Assembly: GCA_965249275.1 (NCBI GenBank) | Contig: CBDFLQ010000006.1 | Span: 128,001-192,000 of the forward strand | Source of the DNA: Dehalococcoidia bacterium | Lineage (GTDB): Bacteria; Chloroflexota; Dehalococcoidia; Plut-88900 | Length of the DNA: 64,000 nucleotides | Direction: 5' to 3' | Part shown: positions 30,760 through 40,896 of the stretch, piece by piece | Numbering within the stretch: position 1 is the stretch's first letter | Layout: every line of letters starts with the position of its first letter | Notes under the pieces: model-generated | The model's input: only the letters and a program-made list of their open reading frames with translations | Databases searched by the model: none | What the model was told of the DNA's origin: nothing | Position numbers and translations under genes: made by a program

Positions 30760-31401
30760 ATGGACACCATACAGTTAGCCGTAGATGTTCGCGAAGCGAT
30801 GGGCAAGAAGGCCCGATTCCTGAGGCGTGACGGCCTCACCCCCGCCAATATCTACGGCCGAAACCTCGATTCCGTCGCCCTCCAACTCCCCTCCGCCGAC
30901 CTTATCCAGGCACTGTCCCAGGGAGGCCAAAACGCTGTCCTGGACGTCAAGGTTAAGGGTGAGAAAACTGCCAGAACTGCCGTTATTCGCAACATCCAAC
31001 GCAATCCCGTCACCGACGTGGTAATCCACGTTGACTTCCTCCAGGTGGACGTAACGAGGGCCATAACCTCCGACGTGCCTCTGGTGTTCGTCGGAGAGTC
31101 TCCCTTGCCCAAGACGCAGACAGTGATATCTCAGATACTCGCATCCATACAGGTCTCCGGGCTGCCCATGCAAATCCCGAACTCAATTGAGGTAGACGTT
31201 TCGGTGCTGGAGGAAATAGATCAGTCGATATTCGTGCGTGACCTCAACCTCCCCGACGACATTGAGGTCCTCACAGACGGTGATCAGATGATAGTCAGGG
31301 CCACTCCGGGCCGCGTCGCCGAGGTGCTCCCCGGAGAGGAAACGGAGGACGCCGAAGCCGGGATTCCCACCGAGGACGCCCCCGAATCCGAAGAATCCTA
31401 A
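30760..31401 (+). CDS. rplY: 50S ribosomal protein L25/Ctc
   Basis: LRR.G..PANIYG, HVDF, Ctc C-domain and acidic tail. Confidence 0.92.
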   Translation: MDTIQLAVDVREAMGKKARFLRRDGLTPANIYGRNLDSVALQLPSADLIQALSQGGQNAVLDVKVKGEKTARTAVIRNIQRNPVTDVVIHVDFLQVDVTRAITSDVPLVFVGESPLPKTQTVISQILASIQVSGLPMQIPNSIEVDVSVLEEIDQSIFVRDLNLPDDIEVLTDGDQMIVRATPGRVAEVLPGEETEDAEAGIPTEDAPESEES

Positions 31402-31533
31402 CCCCCTGCCCTTGTCCTCCTGTCAATCTGAGGCTCCTTCTCTGTAATTCCGAGGCTCCGCGAGGAATCTGGGACTTGCCTAGCTTCGTCTCTCCTCTGT
31501 ATGTCGCGCCCCATCCACCCTTTCTCGCCCCCA

Positions 31534-31581
31534 TTGACACCCTCTGTCTACTTTGTTATTATTTCCTTAGAACGCCCGTTC
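31534..31581 (+). promoter_or_regulatory. lexA promoter and SOS box
   Basis: TTGACA (31534-31539), 17 nt, TATTAT (31557-31562), then perfect GAAC-GCCC-GTTC (31570-31581) upstream of the lexA ATG. Confidence 0.85.
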
Positions 31582-31596
31582 CCAACAGAGGTGCGC

Positions 31597-32229
31597 ATGA
31601 AAGCTTTGTCAAAAAAACGTAAGCAAGTCCTTGACGCTATCACCGGCTTTATGGACCGGCACAAGTATCCTCCCAGCGTCCGGGACGTCGTCCAGATTTG
31701 CAGTATGAGTTCTACCTCAGTGGCCGACTACCACCTTAAGGCCCTCGAGAGGGAGGGCTACATCCGTAGGGAGTCGGGCGTGTCCCGGGGAATAGAAGTC
31801 ATCGGCTACGACGGTCGGGACGCCGACATCTTCAGGGCCCCACTCCTGGGTTATATCGCCGCCGGCGAGCCTCTTCCAGTTCCCACCTCAGAACCCTGGG
31901 CTTCCCTTGAAACCCTCGAAATTCCCGAGGACATGGTTGGCGGCAGGGAGAATGTCTACGCCCTCAAAGTCAAGGGCACTTCAATGATCGACGCCCTCAT
32001 CGACGACGGCGACATCGTCCTCCTCCAGCACGTCAACACCGCCGACGACGGTGACATGGTCGCCGCATGGCTTGAGGCCGAGGAGGAAGTCACCCTTAAG
32101 CGCCTCTACCGAGAGCCGGATAGGATCAGGCTTCAGCCCGCCAACTCCCAGATGGCCCCCATTTACGTCGATCCCTCTAACCTCTCCGTCAAGGGCAAGG
32201 TTATAGGCGTCATACGCAAACTGGCCTAA
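31597..32229 (+). CDS. lexA: SOS repressor LexA
   Basis: YPPSVRDV wHTH, IAAGEP cleavage site, GTSM (Ser), TLKR (Lys). Confidence 0.95.
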   Translation: MKALSKKRKQVLDAITGFMDRHKYPPSVRDVVQICSMSSTSVADYHLKALEREGYIRRESGVSRGIEVIGYDGRDADIFRAPLLGYIAAGEPLPVPTSEPWASLETLEIPEDMVGGRENVYALKVKGTSMIDALIDDGDIVLLQHVNTADDGDMVAAWLEAEEEVTLKRLYREPDRIRLQPANSQMAPIYVDPSNLSVKGKVIGVIRKLA

Positions 32230-32706
32230 AGCCCCAATCCTCCGGCCAAACGCAGGGAGGACCAATTGGGTGGGTGGCCACCACAGGCCCCGAATCAGGT
32301 GCAAATCCGCCTACGGAACACCGAATGGTCTCTAGAGCGGAATCTGGTGCTTGCCCCTCACCTCGGGCCCGCCAAAGGGCCGAATAAACACACACCATTA
32401 ACCCCTGTCATCCCGAGGCTCCGCGCTGCAAGTCCGCCTTTGGCGGGAGGGATCTAGTACTTACCCCCTCACATCCTTCTCTGCCATCCCCTTTCCCTCA
32501 ATGAGCCCTTTGCGCAACTCACCAAGGATTACCGGGGATTGTCTTGTGAGATCATGACAGGAATCCCCTCACACTGTTCCCAATTAAGCGCGAGTGCATT
32601 CGGGGTGGTGTAAAAAAGAAAAGTGAGCCTAGCTCAACTCCTCTCCCTCATCGGAGGGAGAGGGTGACCCAAAAATAAAGAGACGTTTAGTCCGTGGAGT
32701 CTGGTT

Positions 32707-32850
32707 CTAGTCCGCCGAGGGAAGAGGCTTCGGCTGCTGGAGCGTCATCTCCACGCTGCAGCAGTTCACCCCACCCTCCCCCGCCTTGGTGCACAGCACC
32801 TGGCTCCCGCAGTTCTCACAGACGAACCTTTTGCCCAGCAAGTTTGGCAT
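32707..32850 (-). CDS. 47-aa desulforedoxin/rubredoxin-like protein
   Basis: Manual translation MPNLLGKRFVCENCGSQVLCTKAGEGGVNCCSVEMTLQQPKPLPSAD. RBS GAGGA upstream. Below the ORF track cutoff. Confidence 0.75.
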   Translation of the reverse strand: MPNLLGKRFVCENCGSQVLCTKAGEGGVNCCSVEMTLQQPKPLPSAD

Positions 32851-32910
32851 TCTGCTAAATCCTCTTCGACGTTTTGAGTTGACCAGTCCCTGAAGGGGCC
32901 GTGATGGTCG

Positions 32911-33027
32911 CTACTTGAGGACCATCTCTTTGTCGCAGCACATTATGGTGCCATTCCCGCCCCGGGTCACAATGAACTCCGACCCGCAGCTCTCGCACTT
33001 GTACCGCTTGCCAGTCTGATTTGCCAC
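32911..33027 (-). CDS. 38-aa desulforedoxin-like protein
   Basis: GTG start after AAGAGG: MANQTGKRYKCESCGSEFIVTRGGNGTIMCCDKEMVLK (CxxC...CC). Confidence 0.75.
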   Translation of the reverse strand: MANQTGKRYKCESCGSEFIVTRGGNGTIMCCDKEMVLK

Positions 33028-33229
33028 GTAGTGCCTCTTGGAAAATCGGGCCCGAGTCCAAAACCCGCGCCCGACAAGATTTTGCGCAATTATAGCCACC
33101 CCCATTTAAGAGGGTCAAGGGATACCAGGAGTGAGACCATGATAAGCTTCGGCTCTCACCCGTCGACAACCAATGAAGTGCCTAATGCCGTGCAGGGGTG
33201 TATGGGCGGAGCCTTAATTTCATACTGAG

Positions 33230-33445
33230 TCACAAGCTGCCACCTTTCTTCTTCAACCACTCATCATCGCGATTTAGCGTCCAATGAATCCTATTGTGCA
33301 TCCTCGCCAAATTCTTCTCGGTTATCCACCACACTACCATCTCAGAGGTATCAGCGGACAGTTGCAGTCCCCAGATATCGGATGACTCTCCTGCAACTAT
33401 CTCAAAGCGCTCAAGATTATGTTGACTTTGTAAATTCTCGCTCAT
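33230..33445 (-). CDS. Hypothetical protein (71 aa)
   Basis: ORF with AAGGA upstream. No recognised motif. Confidence 0.4.
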   Translation of the reverse strand: MSENLQSQHNLERFEIVAGESSDIWGLQLSADTSEMVVWWITEKNLARMHNRIHWTLNRDDEWLKKKGGSL

Positions 33446-33475
33446 GGGAGGATTCCTTACATTATGAATATGAAG

Positions 33476-35533
33476 TTACTGTGCCCATACGTTGAAATTC
33501 GAAAACTCGGGATAGCTATAATGGCTCAGGAAGAAGTCTCCCATCGCGCTAACACCGCCAATATCTTGGTTATGCCCCAAGTCTAGGCTTGTTACAAGTT
33601 GGTCGTTAATGAAGAACCATCCGGATACCTCCACGGCGATCAACAAAAGCCGGTTTCGACTCGAGCCTAGTCCCGCTCCAGAACTCCGTAGGGATCCCGA
33701 CGCTACTTCAATATATTCAGAGTCACTTAACCCACGGGTATAGTGATACCATCGCCCTTGCCCGATCACACCGATAACTTCCAACCGCCCAGATACAGGG
33801 TTTCTAACCATAAACCCATAGCTCCATTCCTTCCCTTGCGGGTTGATGAACTCCGCTTCCACCACCAGATCGCGAGTCCATACACCGCTCGTGTGGACCC
33901 CAATGAGTCCCGGCTCCTTTTCCAAAACCCCAGCCGCAGGCCCGTATTGCTTCTTCAGCTCGTATCCCTTAAATCCCTCGTAGCGGGTCACACCTCCGGA
34001 TATCTCATCCCCTGTATATGCTCCTGTAATGACCGCGATATCACCAGCATGAGCCGCCATTTTCAGGTCAACAATCGCCACGAAATCACCGTTCACGAAA
34101 AACCATCCCCGTTCTCCAATGGTCACAACCATCAGGTGATTCCGGCTCCCGGCACCCGTATTAAGGTTACTGACCGTTCCCGCACCAATACGCTCATATG
34201 GTGCATCTGCCCCAACATTCACCGCCCAGCCCCCGTTGCTCGAAACCACAAATTGTAGGAACGGGGCAGCATCATCCCGCTTATCACTTCGCACTATGAA
34301 ACCATAGTCCCACGAGTTAGACGAAGCCGAGTAAGGATTCACGAACGTAGTTTCAACAACCGTATCGGAAATCGTAACGCCTGCATATTCAATCTTTATG
34401 AAGTTGTCGAACGGGTCATGTCGCAGTTCCCCGTTCAAGGGGCCAAAATCGTATCCCGCACCCGGCGCTGGAGTTGGAGTAGGGCGAGGCGCGGGCGTTG
34501 CAGTCGGCACCGCCGTCCCGGCCCTTAGCGTTGGTATTCGATACTGAACCGTCACCGCTGAGATCGCGAAATTCAGTCCTTCAACTGGTCTCCCACTTTG
34601 TGATTCATCATAGCCAAAGGTGTTGATGCCCAAAATCTGGCCTGACATCGAGAGCATTGGGCCACCGCTGTTGCCGGGATTGATGGCAGCATCGGTTTGA
34701 ATGACATCACTTAGGAAACGAGAGTCGTAGCGGACAGCCGAAACAATGCCACGAGTTACGGTGGCCTCACCCGAGAGTCCCAAAGCGTAGCCGATAGCCA
34801 CTATCTCGTCCCCCGCCTCCAACCCTGCCGCATCCCCGAACTCCAGAGCTGTGAAATCGCCGCAACAGATGCTTACAACCGCCAGGTCCCGAGTTGCATC
34901 TACCCCCAACACCGTCCCGCTATAAGTCGTCGAATCGTCTACGGTCACACTCACCCGCGATTGCCCTCCCACTACGTGCTCATTTGTCACCACAAATCCT
35001 GTCCGGCCTTGCGTGTCGAATATGACCCCCGTACCGCTGGCCGTGCTGCTGGTTATTCTCTCAACGGCTGGCCGCGCCCGTCTAACCATCGCACTAATCG
35101 GCTCCGAGCTGGGAGTGGCAGTGGGAACCGGCGTAGGCGTGACTGTAGGCACGGGCGTAGGTGTGGCTGTAGGCACAGGCGTAGGTGTGGCTGCAGGCAC
35201 GGGTGTGGGTGTGGCCGTAGGCAGGGGCGTGGGCGTGGTTGTAGGCACAGGTGTGAGCGTGGGCGTAGGCACTGGGATGAATGTAGCCGTTGGCAAAGGC
35301 GTGGGCGCAGGCATAGGCGTAGGGGGAACGGCAGCCATAGTCTCCGCCATCCGGGCATTGACGGTAGCGTCGATGTCCGGGAGAGGGGTCGGCGTAGCTG
35401 TCGGCAGGGCTTCCGCAACCGCCGTTCTCACCTCTGCACTTACGTCGGTAGTGGGCGTAGGGGCTTCACCCGACCCGCTGCACGCGCCTATCACTAGCGC
35501 CAGGGTGATTGCCACCACACCAAGGACTCTCAT
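33476..35533 (-). CDS. Lipoprotein with Pro/Thr-rich linker, trypsin-like (S1C) serine protease and repeated beta-sandwich domains
   Basis: IGAC lipobox, PTATPTPV repeats, TNEHVV, DLAVV, TDAAINPGNSGGP; two similar C-terminal blocks (F.NP...W.YGF.VR). Confidence 0.85.
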   Translation of the reverse strand: MRVLGVVAITLALVIGACSGSGEAPTPTTDVSAEVRTAVAEALPTATPTPLPDIDATVNARMAETMAAVPPTPMPAPTPLPTATFIPVPTPTLTPVPTTTPTPLPTATPTPVPAATPTPVPTATPTPVPTVTPTPVPTATPSSEPISAMVRRARPAVERITSSTASGTGVIFDTQGRTGFVVTNEHVVGGQSRVSVTVDDSTTYSGTVLGVDATRDLAVVSICCGDFTALEFGDAAGLEAGDEIVAIGYALGLSGEATVTRGIVSAVRYDSRFLSDVIQTDAAINPGNSGGPMLSMSGQILGINTFGYDESQSGRPVEGLNFAISAVTVQYRIPTLRAGTAVPTATPAPRPTPTPAPGAGYDFGPLNGELRHDPFDNFIKIEYAGVTISDTVVETTFVNPYSASSNSWDYGFIVRSDKRDDAAPFLQFVVSSNGGWAVNVGADAPYERIGAGTVSNLNTGAGSRNHLMVVTIGERGWFFVNGDFVAIVDLKMAAHAGDIAVITGAYTGDEISGGVTRYEGFKGYELKKQYGPAAGVLEKEPGLIGVHTSGVWTRDLVVEAEFINPQGKEWSYGFMVRNPVSGRLEVIGVIGQGRWYHYTRGLSDSEYIEVASGSLRSSGAGLGSSRNRLLLIAVEVSGWFFINDQLVTSLDLGHNQDIGGVSAMGDFFLSHYSYPEFSNFNVWAQ
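35110..35330 (-). repeat. Coding tandem repeat, about 24-bp unit (PTATPTPV)
   Basis: GTAGGCAC(A/G)GGCGTAGGTGTGGCT-like units on the + strand. Confidence 0.85.
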
Positions 35534-35629
35534 TTGTTTCCCCAACGGCTCCTATGTATAAGCCTGCTCCAGGGTCCGCGTAATATCCCGTATTCTCTCA
35601 ATCATCCCGTCTCCCCCACCCCCGACTCC

Positions 35630-36022
35630 CTACACGCTCTCCGCCTCCTCTATGTACGCGGGCCCCGCATTGTCCGGCCTGAGCTTTCTTGCGTCTTTCA
35701 TATAAACGTGCTTTATGTCTTTCGCCGTCTTCTCCGTATTGATCAGCACCATTGCCCGGATCACCTTTTTGAGTCCCTTAGGCACGTTCATCTCGTGGCC
35801 GCACAACAGGGCCGTGTCCACCCAACCCAGCCGCCGCGCCGCGACCGCCGGATACTCCGCATTCAGGTCCACCGTAGTAGTAAACGTCGCCGAGGCTATC
35901 TGACCAGCCTCAATGTCGTTCGCCTTGATCATCTGCTGGAGAAGCTCAGTCGTAGCCTCCAGGATCGCCTCCTCGCTGTTCTCTGTTGCCGTAATGGCCC
36001 CGCGTATTCCTCTGCACCACAA
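35630..36022 (-). CDS. aroH: Chorismate mutase AroH
   Basis: CRGIRGA, DLNAEYPAVAAR, HVY...A..LRPD. TTG start after AGGAGAG. Confidence 0.92.
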   Translation of the reverse strand: MWCRGIRGAITATENSEEAILEATTELLQQMIKANDIEAGQIASATFTTTVDLNAEYPAVAARRLGWVDTALLCGHEMNVPKGLKKVIRAMVLINTEKTAKDIKHVYMKDARKLRPDNAGPAYIEEAESV

Positions 36023-36038
36023 AATAAAAACTCTCCTG

Positions 36039-36839
36039 TTACAAAGCCTCAGCGCAGCCCCGAAGCCCGCGCACAAAATTCCTTACATTCTCTTCTCGGG
36101 CCCCGGGCGCCGACTGCTCGATCAGGTTTATTAGAGCGCTTCCCACAGCCACTCCATCTGACATCGAAGCGGCCCTTTCCACGTGCTCTCTTGTCGAAAT
36201 CCCAAACCCGACCAATAACGGTAAGTCCGTCTCCGCCCGCACCCTGCCCAGAAACTCCGGAAGATCGGCGCCCATTTCCCGTCTCGCCCCCGTGACACCC
36301 GTCAAGCCGACGCAGTACACGAACCCCGATGACACTGCCGCCACTCTTTTGATCCGCTCCTCCGTGCTGGTAGGGGCCAGAAGAAATATGAAGTCCATGC
36401 CGCGGGCCTTAACTGCGCTCTGTAGTGGCCCCGCCTCCTCGAGAGGCAAATCGACAACAATCAGCCCATCGAGACCCGCCTCCGACGCATCATCGGCAAA
36501 CCGGTTCAGTCCATAGCTCAGCAGCGGATTGTAGTATCCCATCAATATCAACGGAACGTCCGGGAATCGGCTTCGTGCGTTCCGGCAGCAATCGAGGCAG
36601 TCCTCAAGAGTGATGTTCTGATCAAGAGCAACCTGGCTGGACCTCTGTACGGTCGGGCCTTCCGCAAGGGGATCACTGAACGGAGCCCCAAGCTCGATAA
36701 TGTCGGCCCCACCTTCCACCATCGCCCCTACCATAGCCTGCGTCGACTCCCTATCAGGAAACCCGACTGTTAGAAATGTCGCAATGACGGGTCTATCAGC
36801 CGCTCGGGCCCGTTCAAATGTATCGGATAAACGGCTCAA
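36039..36839 (-). CDS. trpA: Tryptophan synthase alpha chain
   Basis: ELGAPFSDPLAEGPTVQ, MGYYNP, GVTGAR, GFGIS. Confidence 0.95.
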   Translation of the reverse strand: MSRLSDTFERARAADRPVIATFLTVGFPDRESTQAMVGAMVEGGADIIELGAPFSDPLAEGPTVQRSSQVALDQNITLEDCLDCCRNARSRFPDVPLILMGYYNPLLSYGLNRFADDASEAGLDGLIVVDLPLEEAGPLQSAVKARGMDFIFLLAPTSTEERIKRVAAVSSGFVYCVGLTGVTGARREMGADLPEFLGRVRAETDLPLLVGFGISTREHVERAASMSDGVAVGSALINLIEQSAPGAREENVRNFVRGLRGCAEAL

Positions 36840-37257
36840 TTGCTTATCGACATCCGCTCTTCTGTCAAACTCAATCCCGTCGGCCTTGCTCCTCGCACCA
36901 ATAAGGGGGGAATACTAGCACCCCCCTCCCCCCCTTTCAAGAAACGTAGACAGACCCTCATATTCTCGATATTTCAAGCCGTTAGTCAGGGGAGCCAGTG
37001 AAAATTGCCATGCCGTCTAAGCTCAGTTTCTTCATACTCACTCACCCCTCTCCATTCCTACACTCCCCGCCGTATCTACTGCTTATTATCCGACTTGCGA
37101 AATACGGCCCAACTGCCTCCCCTCCTCCCCCTCCCACACCCTTGACACAACTTTAGCCTATCGGTATCTTGGAACCGCTTCACTAGGAAGTAATACCCGT
37201 GGCCCTAAGCCTAGGACTCAACCTGTCCCTCGTTTGAGGGGGAAAAGAGGCCCGCCT

Positions 37258-38130
37258 TTGAAATGGATCGATTACCTTAGCCCTACGTCCCTTAGCGAGG
37301 CTGTCGAGATCCTCGCCCGTGACGGCGATCGCACCCGTGCCCTCGCCGGCGGCACTGACATCCTCGTTCAGCTTCGTGCCAGGCGTCGCCAGCCCGATTT
37401 ACTGCTCGACGTCAAGTCCATCCCAGAACTCAACGTGCTCTCCTACGACCCCGCCTCAGGCTTGACCATTGGCGCAGCGGTCGAATGCTACAAGATCTAC
37501 GAAGACGCCGCTGTGATCGCGAACTACCCTGCCCTCGTGGATTGCACCACAATCATCGGCGGCATCCAGATCCAGGGTCGGGCCTCTGTTGGCGGCAACC
37601 TTTGCAACGCCGCCCCCAGCGCCGACTCCATTCCCGCTTTGATAGCCTACGGCGCTACCGCTAATATCGCCGGACCCAACGGCACCCGTAGCGTCCCCGT
37701 CGAGGACGTCTGCACCGGCCCCGGTCTGAGCATACTCGCCGCCAACGAGATTCTTGTCTCGATTAGCGTCCCGACCCCCGCTGCCAACTCCGGTGCCCGC
37801 TACATCCGCTTCATACCCCGTAACGAAATGGACATCGCCGTAGTCGGGGCAGGCGTATCGGTGGAGCTGGACGGAGACAACATCAAGTCCGCCCGTGTGT
37901 CCCTCGCCTCCGTCGCACCGACTCCCCTCTTCGTCAGGGAAGCCGGCGACGCCCTCGCCGGGCAGCCTATAAGCGACGAGTCCATCCGCAAGGCTTCCGC
38001 CCTGGCACAGGCCGCTGCCAGACCTATCACCGACATGCGCGGCACCATCGAATTCAGGACACACCTCTGTGAAGTTTTGACCCGACGAGCTTTAAATACC
38101 GCCATCGAGCGGGCCAAGGAGGCGTCTTAG
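37258..38130 (+). CDS. Xanthine dehydrogenase family FAD-binding (medium) subunit
   Basis: LAGGTD, ASVGGNLCNAAPSAD, DMRGT..FR. Confidence 0.92.
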   Translation: MKWIDYLSPTSLSEAVEILARDGDRTRALAGGTDILVQLRARRRQPDLLLDVKSIPELNVLSYDPASGLTIGAAVECYKIYEDAAVIANYPALVDCTTIIGGIQIQGRASVGGNLCNAAPSADSIPALIAYGATANIAGPNGTRSVPVEDVCTGPGLSILAANEILVSISVPTPAANSGARYIRFIPRNEMDIAVVGAGVSVELDGDNIKSARVSLASVAPTPLFVREAGDALAGQPISDESIRKASALAQAAARPITDMRGTIEFRTHLCEVLTRRALNTAIERAKEAS

Positions 38131-38616
38131 ATGCCCAGGAAAACCTACGTACAGACGACCATTAACGGCGAAAACGTCGAGTTCCTCTGCGAACCCCGAC
38201 AAAGCCTCCTCGAGTGCCTGCGCGACGTAATCGGGCTCACCGGCTCCAAAGAAGGCTGCAATGACGGCAACTGCGGCGCCTGCACCGTGAGCTTGGATGG
38301 CCGCATCGTCACCTCCTGCCTGGTCCTCGGCGTCGAGGCCGAAGGCAGGAACATCGAGACCATCGAGGGCGTCGCCGACGGCAACAACCTCCACCCCATA
38401 CAGCAGGCCTTCCTCGAAAATGCCGCGCTTCAGTGCGGTATCTGCACACCCGGTTTCATCGTGGCGGCCAAGGCGCTCCTCGAACGCGAACCCGACCCCT
38501 CAGAGGACCGCATCCGCTTCTGGCTCGCGAACAACCTCTGTCGTTGCACGGGCTACGACAAGATCGTCAGGGCCGTACTCGACTCCGCGAAGAAGATGCA
38601 GGAGGCTAAGAGTTGA
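38131..38616 (+). CDS. Xanthine dehydrogenase family 2x[2Fe-2S] (small) subunit
   Basis: GSKEGCNDGNCGACTV, QCGICTPG, NLCRCTGY. Confidence 0.94.
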   Translation: MPRKTYVQTTINGENVEFLCEPRQSLLECLRDVIGLTGSKEGCNDGNCGACTVSLDGRIVTSCLVLGVEAEGRNIETIEGVADGNNLHPIQQAFLENAALQCGICTPGFIVAAKALLEREPDPSEDRIRFWLANNLCRCTGYDKIVRAVLDSAKKMQEAKS

Positions 38617-40892
38617 CAACAAGGCAGGGCACCGACTCCAACGTAGTCCTAGTTAATCAGGAGTTCGATGTAGTTGGCACCCGGCCCATCCGTCACGACG
38701 GCGCCGATAAGGTAACGGGCCGCGCCCGTTACGGCGCCGACTTCCAGGCCGCCGACCTGCTTCGCGCCAGGGTACTGCGCAGCCCCCACGCCCACGCCCG
38801 CATTAAGTCCATAGACACCTCCAAGGCAGAGGCCCTGGAAGGCGTCCGCGCCGTTGTCACCTCTAAAGACTTCCCCACCAACGGCGCCGACAAGCCTGCC
38901 AGGCGCTACCAGCGGGAGAACGTCCTCGCCGGTGAGAAGGCTCTTTACGTCGGCCATGCCATAGTAGGCGTAGCAGCTGTGAACGACCATATCGCCGAAG
39001 AGGCCCTCTCTCTCATTGATGTCGAATACGAAGTCCTCCCACCCGTCACCAGCGCCCCCCAGGGCATGGACTCCGACTCTCAAATTCTCCACGAGGAAAT
39101 GCGCACCGACGAGTCCGGTGAAAAAGGCACTGAGCCCAGCAATGTCGCCACCCACTTCCAACAGGTCATCGGCGATATCGAAGAGGGTTTTGCAAAGGCC
39201 GATTTCATCATCGAAAGAGATTTCGACACCGCAACCGTCCATCAGGGCTACATCGAACCTCAGAACGGTACCGCCCTTTGGAACAATGATGGCCGACTCC
39301 ACGTCTGGACCAGCACTCAGGGCGCCTTTCCCGTAAGGACCTCCATGTCTCAAATCTTGGATATACCCGTTTCCAAGATACGCGTGACGCCTATGGAGAT
39401 AGGTGGAGGGTTCGGCGGCAAGATACCCGTCTACTTGGAACCCGTGGCCGCGCTCCTCTCCAGGAAGACCGGCCGTCCCGTCAAGATGCAGATGTCCCGC
39501 AGAGAGGTCTTCGAGGGCACAGGCCCCACCCCCGGCTCCCACGTAAAGGTAAAGATGGGCGCCACCAGGGACGGCAAACTTACCGCCGCCCAGGCCCACC
39601 TCGCCTACGAGGCCGGAGCCTTCCCCGGCTCCCCCGTCGGCGCCGGCGCTACCTGCGTGTTTGCCTGCTACAACATCCCCAATATCGTCATTGACGGTTA
39701 CGATGTCGTGGTTAACAAGCCCAAAACTGCCGCTTATAGGGCCCCCGGCGCAACCAACGCCGCCTTCGCCTCCGAGACTGTGGTAGACATGCTTGCCGAG
39801 AAGGTTGGCATGGACCCCTTGGACTTCCGTATGCTCAACACGTCCAGGGAAGGCACCCGTCGCGCCGACGGCACGCCCTACGGCGTGGTCGGCTGCGCCG
39901 AGGTTATCGAGGCCATGAAGTCGCATCCCCACTACGCCTCCAAGCTGGAAGGGCCCAACCGGGGACGAGGTGTCGCGGTCGGGTTCTGGATGAACATCGG
40001 CTGGAGGTCGGCCTGCTCCATCAGCGTCAACTACGATGGCACCATCAACCTGCTCATCGGCTCGACCGACATCGGCGGCACCCGGGCCTCCATCGCCATG
40101 CAGGCCGCAGAGGTCCTGGGCATCACTCCCGAGGACGTTAACCCCGCCGTCGTCGACACCGACTCCATTGGCTACACCGACGTCACCGGCGGGAGCCGCA
40201 CAACCTTCGCCACCGGCTGGGCCGCCCATGAAGCCGCCGTCGACGTACGCAACGAAATGGTCAAACGGGCCGCCATCCTCTGGGAAATCGAGCCTGAGAA
40301 CATTGAGTTCAACAAGAGCGTATTCAGGTCCAAGTCGGACCCCGAACTCTCCATCTCATTCAAGGACTTGGCTCGCAAGATGAACGATACCGGTGGTGGC
40401 GTCGTTGGCAAGTCCACCGTCGACCCCAAGGGCGTAGGCGTTTCCTTCGCCGGTGCCATCACCGACGTAGAGATAGACCCCGAGACCGGTAAGGTCACCG
40501 TCCTCCGCTTCACCTGCGTCCAGGACGTGGGCAAAGCCGTCCACCCGTCCTACGTGGAAGGCCAAATGCAGGGCGGCAGCGTCCAGGGCATCGGCTGGGG
40601 CCTCAATGAGGAATACTACATGAACCAAGAGGGTGGCATGGACAATTTCACCCTCCTCGACTACCGGATGCCCACTTCCCTCGACATCCCCATGATCGAC
40701 ACTGTCATCGTCGAAGTCGCCAACCCCGGCCATCCCTACGGAGTCCGTGGCGTGGGAGAGGCCAGCATAATTGCACCTCCTGCGGCCATCGCCGACGCCA
40801 TACACAACGCCATGGGCATTAGGCTGGAAAACTTGCCAATGAATCCCCCGGCAGTCCTGGCCGCTCTGAGTAACGGCAACTCCGAGAGTTGA
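38613..40892 (+). CDS. Xanthine dehydrogenase family molybdopterin-binding (large) subunit
   Basis: KVTGRARY, GGGFGGK, AYRAPG, GGSRT, GQMQGG, RGVGE. Confidence 0.92.
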   Translation: MTTRQGTDSNVVLVNQEFDVVGTRPIRHDGADKVTGRARYGADFQAADLLRARVLRSPHAHARIKSIDTSKAEALEGVRAVVTSKDFPTNGADKPARRYQRENVLAGEKALYVGHAIVGVAAVNDHIAEEALSLIDVEYEVLPPVTSAPQGMDSDSQILHEEMRTDESGEKGTEPSNVATHFQQVIGDIEEGFAKADFIIERDFDTATVHQGYIEPQNGTALWNNDGRLHVWTSTQGAFPVRTSMSQILDIPVSKIRVTPMEIGGGFGGKIPVYLEPVAALLSRKTGRPVKMQMSRREVFEGTGPTPGSHVKVKMGATRDGKLTAAQAHLAYEAGAFPGSPVGAGATCVFACYNIPNIVIDGYDVVVNKPKTAAYRAPGATNAAFASETVVDMLAEKVGMDPLDFRMLNTSREGTRRADGTPYGVVGCAEVIEAMKSHPHYASKLEGPNRGRGVAVGFWMNIGWRSACSISVNYDGTINLLIGSTDIGGTRASIAMQAAEVLGITPEDVNPAVVDTDSIGYTDVTGGSRTTFATGWAAHEAAVDVRNEMVKRAAILWEIEPENIEFNKSVFRSKSDPELSISFKDLARKMNDTGGGVVGKSTVDPKGVGVSFAGAITDVEIDPETGKVTVLRFTCVQDVGKAVHPSYVEGQMQGGSVQGIGWGLNEEYYMNQEGGMDNFTLLDYRMPTSLDIPMIDTVIVEVANPGHPYGVRGVGEASIIAPPAAIADAIHNAMGIRLENLPMNPPAVLAALSNGNSES

Positions 40893-40896
40893 GCTC

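Noticed and set aside
35110-35330. CRISPR-like array
   Set aside because: Degenerate 24-bp coding repeats (PTATPTPV) without unique spacers, and no cas genes.
38649-40229. Long antisense ORFs (also 21871-22824, 42809-43915, 51662-52510 and others)
   Set aside because: Shadow frames of well-supported genes in GC-rich, codon-biased DNA, with no motifs.
37258-40892. Aerobic CO dehydrogenase (coxMSL)
   Set aside because: The active-site loop is AYRAPG, not AYxCSFR, and no coxDEFG accessory genes are present.
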